DNA of 64,000 bases from Clostridia bacterium (GTDB lineage: Bacteria > Bacillota > Clostridia > HGM11514), in assembly GCA_045586685.1 (NCBI GenBank), contig JAZNAU010000002.1, forward strand, positions 1 to 64,000. The letters run 5' to 3'. Both the position numbers and the translations under genes were made by a program. The notes under the pieces are model-generated. The model saw only the letters and a program-made list of their open reading frames with translations. It was not told the origin of the DNA and did not search any database. Numbering within the stretch: position 1 is the first letter of the stretch; each line of letters begins with the position of its first letter. Of this stretch, positions 59,333 through 64,000 are shown one piece after another.

Positions 59333-60580
59333 ATGATGATAGAATTAAAAAACAAAATTGTAGAGTCTCTCTCTTACTGTAAAGTATTGTTAAAATGGCT
59401 TGTAATTGCCTCTGTGGTGGGTGTGTTTGGCGGTGTGCTGGGAAGTCTGTTTCACATCAGCATTGATTCTGCAACCGAGTATCGAATCGTGTATCCGTGG
59501 CTTATTTATTTCCTGCCTGTAGGGGGCCTAGTGATTACCTTTTTGTATCAGTTGGCAAAATCTGCCGGATGTTTGGATACCAACCGAGTGTTGGATTCGG
59601 TGAGGACGGAGGAAAGAGTTCCTACTGTGATGGCACCTCTGATTTTTGTCAGCACTGTACTGACACATCTTTTGGGAGGTTCTGCCGGACGGGAAGGTGC
59701 GGCACTGCAGCTGGGAGGAAGCGTCGGCTATCGTTTGGGGAAAATATTTCGCTTAAACGAAGGGGACTTGCACCTCATTGTAATGGCGGGAATGAGTGCT
59801 GTGTTTTCTGCCCTGTTTGGTACTCCTTTAACGGCTCTTTTCTTTGCTTTGGAGGTAACCACTGTTGGAGTCATGTACTATGCCGGATTTGTGCCTTGTG
59901 CCATTTCGGCTTTGGCAGGGTTCCTTATTGCAAAACTGTTCGGGCTTTCACCCGTACATTTTGAAGGGATTTTGTTTCCTTCTATATCGGCGGGGATATT
60001 GGGAAGGCTTTTGGTATTGACCGTTTTGTGTGCACTGGTTAGTATTTTGTTTTACACAGCCATTCATAAATGTGAGCATTACGGAAAAAAATGGTTGCCT
60101 AATCCCTATTTTCGCAGCTTTGTAGGCGGTGTGCTTTTGGTATTGTTGACTGTTGCGGTACAGACCCGTGATTATAACGGTGCGGGAATGGATGTCATTA
60201 CAAGCGCCATGTCAGGGAACGCAAGACCTGAGGCATTTTTGTTGAAGATACTATTTACAGCCATTACCATTTCTGCCGGATTTAAGGGTGGTGAAATTGT
60301 TCCTGCTTTCTTTGTTGGTTCCACCTTTGGATGTGTGGCAGGAGGATTGCTGGGGTTGGACTCTTCTTTTTCTGCTGCAGTGGGCTGTGTGGCACTGTTT
60401 TGCGGTGCGGTAAATTGCCCTATATCCTCTTTGTTTCTGTCCTTTGAATTGTTTGGCGGGAAGGCACTCCTGTTATTTGCATTGGTGTGTGGTGTGAGCT
60501 ACATGATGTCCGGATATGGCGGTCTTTACAAAAGCCAGAAATTTAAGTATTCTAAATTGGAAGCAAAGGATCTTGAGTAA
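59333..60580 (+). CDS. ClC family anion channel/antiporter
   Basis: GGSAGREGAALQ, FGTPL, GFKGGEIVP. Confidence 0.9.
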   Translation: MMIELKNKIVESLSYCKVLLKWLVIASVVGVFGGVLGSLFHISIDSATEYRIVYPWLIYFLPVGGLVITFLYQLAKSAGCLDTNRVLDSVRTEERVPTVMAPLIFVSTVLTHLLGGSAGREGAALQLGGSVGYRLGKIFRLNEGDLHLIVMAGMSAVFSALFGTPLTALFFALEVTTVGVMYYAGFVPCAISALAGFLIAKLFGLSPVHFEGILFPSISAGILGRLLVLTVLCALVSILFYTAIHKCEHYGKKWLPNPYFRSFVGGVLLVLLTVAVQTRDYNGAGMDVITSAMSGNARPEAFLLKILFTAITISAGFKGGEIVPAFFVGSTFGCVAGGLLGLDSSFSAAVGCVALFCGAVNCPISSLFLSFELFGGKALLLFALVCGVSYMMSGYGGLYKSQKFKYSKLEAKDLE

Positions 60581-60584
60581 AACA

Positions 60585-60618
60585 AAATCCGCAATGTGAA
60601 ACCGCATTGTGGATTTTA
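60585..60618 (+). terminator. Intrinsic terminator
   Basis: AAATCCGCAATG / CATTGTGGATTT. Confidence 0.8.
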
Positions 60619-60747
60619 GTTTGTACAACAACCTAAAATTCCAAAAAAGTCATCAAATTTATACAAATCTTTTAGATTTCCTTGACAAATCGTGGCTTTG
60701 GGAGTACAATAGATAGTGCGCAATTAAATGAAGGGAGGATGAAAGCG

Positions 60748-61590
60748 ATGTATAAAATCGTAAAAAAACAATGCCTGAATCCTACTGTGACACGAATGGA
60801 AATTGAATCACCTGCCATTGCAAAAGTGGCAGAGCCGGGACAGTTCATTATCTTGCGTGTGGACGAAAAAGGGGAACGAATTCCGTTAACGATTGCGGAT
60901 TTTGACCGTGAAGCAGGAACAATAACCATTATTTTTCAGATTGTTGGTGCTACAACTCAAAAGCTTAATGATAAAAAAGAAGGCGAATTTATTACCGATT
61001 TTGCAGGACCGTTGGGAGTTGCCACACATACCGAGGGGTTAAAAAAGGTTGCAGTTGTAGGGGGCGGTGTTGGTTGTGCCATTGCTTACCCCATTGCAAA
61101 GAAACTACATCAGTTGGGATGTGAGGTTCATTCTATTGTTGGTTTCAGAAATAAGGATTTGCTTATCTTAGAAGATGAATTTAAGGCGGTTTCCGATAAA
61201 ATGGTGATTATGACCGACGACGGCAGCTACGGCTCCAAGGGCCTTGTGACTGATGCGTTAAAGGGTCTTTTGGACGAAGGGCACCAGTATGATCAGGTCA
61301 TCGTTATCGGACCCCTGATTATGATGAAATTTGTTTGTAAGCTGACAAAAGAATATGGTGTAAAAACCATTGTCAGCATGAATCCTATTATGATTGACGG
61401 TACGGGAATGTGTGGCGGATGCCGTTTGAGCGTAGGAGGAGAAATGAAGTTTGCCTGTGTGGACGGTCCTGATTTTGACGGCCATCTGGTGGACTTTGAT
61501 GAAGCCATAGCACGCTCCTCTATGTACCATGAATTTGAACAGCGTGAAAGAGAAAAGACTTGTAACTTATTTAAGAAGGAGGCAAGGTAA
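60748..61590 (+). CDS. nfnA: Electron-bifurcating transhydrogenase small subunit NfnA (SudB-like)
   Basis: PGQF, ERIPLT, GGGVG, DGTGMCGGCR...CVDGP; promoter TTGACA-17-TACAAT at 60682-60710. Confidence 0.88.
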   Translation: MYKIVKKQCLNPTVTRMEIESPAIAKVAEPGQFIILRVDEKGERIPLTIADFDREAGTITIIFQIVGATTQKLNDKKEGEFITDFAGPLGVATHTEGLKKVAVVGGGVGCAIAYPIAKKLHQLGCEVHSIVGFRNKDLLILEDEFKAVSDKMVIMTDDGSYGSKGLVTDALKGLLDEGHQYDQVIVIGPLIMMKFVCKLTKEYGVKTIVSMNPIMIDGTGMCGGCRLSVGGEMKFACVDGPDFDGHLVDFDEAIARSSMYHEFEQREREKTCNLFKKEAR

Positions 61591-61592
61591 CA

Positions 61593-62981
61593 ATGGCAAA
61601 TATGTCTCCAAAAAAAACTCCCATGCCTTCTCAGGAAGCATCGGTAAGAAACCGTAATTTTAAGGAGGTTGCCTTAGGGTATACCGAAGAAATGGCGGTT
61701 GACGAAGCACAAAGATGCTTGAATTGTAAACATAAGCCTTGTGTGAACGGTTGTCCTGTTTCTGTTGATATTCCCGCCTTTATTGCACAGGTGGCAAACA
61801 AAAATTTCTCAGGGGCATATGATGTGATTTCTCAGTCCAGTTCTCTCCCTGCGGTTTGCGGAAGAGTTTGTCCTCAGGAAAATCAGTGCGAAAAGAATTG
61901 TGTTCGGGGAATCAAAGGGGAGGCGGTAGGAATCGGCCGTCTGGAGCGGTTTGTTGCAGATTGGCACAACTCTCAGAAGGATGTAAAAAAAGAAAAGCCC
62001 CAGTCCAATGGACATAAGGTTGCCGTTGTTGGCTCCGGTCCTGCCGGCCTTGCCTGTGCGGGAGAACTGGCGTCAAAGGGTTATGAAGTAACTGTGTTTG
62101 AAGCTTTGCATCTGGCAGGGGGCGTGCTGATGTATGGAATTCCTGAATTCCGTTTGCCTAAGACCGTTGTACAAAAAGAAATTCAAGGTCTGAAAGAAAT
62201 GGGCGTTAAGATTGAAACCAATATGGTCATTGGAAAAGTCATGTCTATTGACCAGCTGATGGAAGATGGCTTTGAGGCTGTGTTTATAGGTAGCGGTGCG
62301 GGATTGCCCCGTTTTATGGGGATTCCCGGTGAAAATTTAAAAGGCGTGTATTCTGCTAACGAATTTTTAACCCGTGTGAATTTGATGAAAGCTTATGATA
62401 AGGAAAATGCCACTACACCTGTTCAAAATGCCAAGCATGTAGCGGTTTTGGGCGGTGGAAATGTTGCTATGGATGCGGCTCGGTGTGCCCTTAGAATGGG
62501 TGCGGAAAGTGTTTCCATTGTATATCGTCGCAGTGAAAAAGAGTTGCCTGCCCGAGCAGAAGAAGTGGAGCACGCAATGGAAGAGGGCATTCAGTTTGAA
62601 TTTCTGACCAATCCTTTGGAAATCAAAGGAGAGGACGGTTGGGTCAGCGGTATGGTTTGCCAGAGAACGGAATTAAGCCAGCCTGATTCGTCGGGACGTG
62701 CAAGAGCTGTGCCCATCCCAGGAAGCGAATTTGAACTGAGTGTAGATTGTGTGATTATGTCTATCGGTACCTCTCCCAATCCCTTGATTAAATCTACAAC
62801 AGAGGGGCTTGATACAACTGATTGGGGCGGTATTATTGTAGAAGAAAAGACCGGTCTTACTTCCCGTGAACATGTATATGCCGGCGGGGATGCTGTTACC
62901 GGTGCTGCAACTGTAATTCTGGCAATGGGAGCCGGAAAACAAGCGGCAAAAGCGATTGATGAAAAATTAAGGAAAAAGTAA
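61593..62981 (+). CDS. nfnB: Electron-bifurcating transhydrogenase large subunit NfnB (GltD/SudA-like)
   Basis: RCLNC...[37 protein letters not shown]; paired with nfnA, no gltB adjacent. Confidence 0.88.
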   Translation: MANMSPKKTPMPSQEASVRNRNFKEVALGYTEEMAVDEAQRCLNCKHKPCVNGCPVSVDIPAFIAQVANKNFSGAYDVISQSSSLPAVCGRVCPQENQCEKNCVRGIKGEAVGIGRLERFVADWHNSQKDVKKEKPQSNGHKVAVVGSGPAGLACAGELASKGYEVTVFEALHLAGGVLMYGIPEFRLPKTVVQKEIQGLKEMGVKIETNMVIGKVMSIDQLMEDGFEAVFIGSGAGLPRFMGIPGENLKGVYSANEFLTRVNLMKAYDKENATTPVQNAKHVAVLGGGNVAMDAARCALRMGAESVSIVYRRSEKELPARAEEVEHAMEEGIQFEFLTNPLEIKGEDGWVSGMVCQRTELSQPDSSGRARAVPIPGSEFELSVDCVIMSIGTSPNPLIKSTTEGLDTTDWGGIIVEEKTGLTSREHVYAGGDAVTGAATVILAMGAGKQAAKAIDEKLRKK

Positions 62982-62994
62982 AGGAGTTACTCGC

Positions 62995-64000
62995 ATGGAA
63001 ATGACATTCAGATGGTACGGCAAAGATGACCCTGTTACATTGGAACAGATTCGTCAGATTCCCAATGTAACAGGAATTATAACCGCAATTTATGACGTGC
63101 CTGTAGGGGAAGTATGGCCCAAAGAAAAGATTATGGAACTGAAAAGAATGGTTGAGGATGCAGGAATGCACATTTCTGCTATTGAAAGTGTGCCGGTTCA
63201 TGAAGATATTAAGCTGGGAAAACCCACTCGTGACGGTATGATTGAAAATTTTTGCACTACTTTGCGGAATTTGTCCGAGGCGGGAATTAAAATTGTTTGC
63301 TATAACTTTATGCCTGTATTTGATTGGACAAGAACAGATTTGGCATTTGATTTGCCCGACGGCTCTAATGCACTGATATATGATGATGATACGATTGCAA
63401 CATGGGATATCACAAAAGAAGAAGTATCCCTTCCCGGTTGGGATGCAAGCTATACAAAAGACCAGATACGTGCGGTTATGAATGAATACAAGACGGTGGA
63501 CGAAGAAACACTGTGGGAAAACTTACAATACTTCTTGGAACGGGTGATTCCTGTTGCAGAAGAGGTTGATGTCAAAATGGCAATTCATCCTGACGATCCC
63601 CCCTGGAATATTTTTGGTCTGCCCAGAATTATTACCAATAAAGAAAATTTAGAACGGTTTTGTAAATTAGTGGACAGTCCCTATAACGGTTTGACCCTTT
63701 GCTCCGGTTCTCTCGGAGCGAACAGCGAGAATGATATTGTTGATTTGGTTCGTCATTTTGGCGGTATGGGAAGAATTCATTTTGCTCATGTAAGAAATGT
63801 CAAACACACAGGAGGTCGCTCCTTTGAAGAATCTGCACATGCTTCAAATTACGGCAGTCTTGATATGTATGAAATTATGAAGGCATATCACGAGGTAGGC
63901 TATGACGGTCCTCTTCGTCCTGACCACGGAAGAATGATCTGGGGGGAAACAGGAAAACCCGGTTACGGGTTGTATGACCGTGCTTTGGGTGCTACATATT
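62995..64000 (+). CDS. uxuA: Mannonate dehydratase, 3'-truncated by window edge (absent from ORF track)
   Basis: [49 protein letters not shown]; AAGGAG RBS. Confidence 0.95.
   Translation, partial: MEMTFRWYGKDDPVTLEQIRQIPNVTGIITAIYDVPVGEVWPKEKIMELKRMVEDAGMHISAIESVPVHEDIKLGKPTRDGMIENFCTTLRNLSEAGIKIVCYNFMPVFDWTRTDLAFDLPDGSNALIYDDDTIATWDITKEEVSLPGWDASYTKDQIRAVMNEYKTVDEETLWENLQYFLERVIPVAEEVDVKMAIHPDDPPWNIFGLPRIITNKENLERFCKLVDSPYNGLTLCSGSLGANSENDIVDLVRHFGGMGRIHFAHVRNVKHTGGRSFEESAHASNYGSLDMYEIMKAYHEVGYDGPLRPDHGRMIWGETGKPGYGLYDRALGATY

Noticed and set aside
61593-62981. Glutamate synthase small subunit
   Set aside because: No large subunit adjacent; pairing with an NfnA-type gene indicates NfnB

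Overview
Core-genome window of a spore-forming Clostridia (Bacillota) chromosome, standard genetic code. It holds csoR-copA with its operator, anaerobic RNR nrdD-nrdG with NrdR boxes, nagB, a trimeric [FeFe] hydrogenase, asnA-asnS, RNase P RNA, the conserved yloC-remA-gmk-rpoZ-coaBC-priA-def-fmt-rsmB-rlmN-prpC-prkC-rsgA-rpe-thiN cluster, rqcH, spoIIIAA-AH with a SigE promoter, an AT-rich lysR-tdh-kbl cassette, tRNA-Leu(TAG), nfnAB and a partial uxuA. The most striking feature is an enzyme-free cohesin-dockerin cell-surface operon (20468-25198): a small secreted Ig-like/dockerin protein plus two cohesin-Big_4-SLH proteins. Also notable are a candidate sRNA with three C-rich loops (about 9195-9330), an XRE/SLOG pair with twin operators, a hairpin-dense intergenic element, an oxidoreductase gene remnant fused to kbl, and a WsfD-like glycosyltransferase fusion. 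No CRISPR array, transposase, integrase or rRNA was seen. All family calls come from motif recognition by eye; no searches were run.
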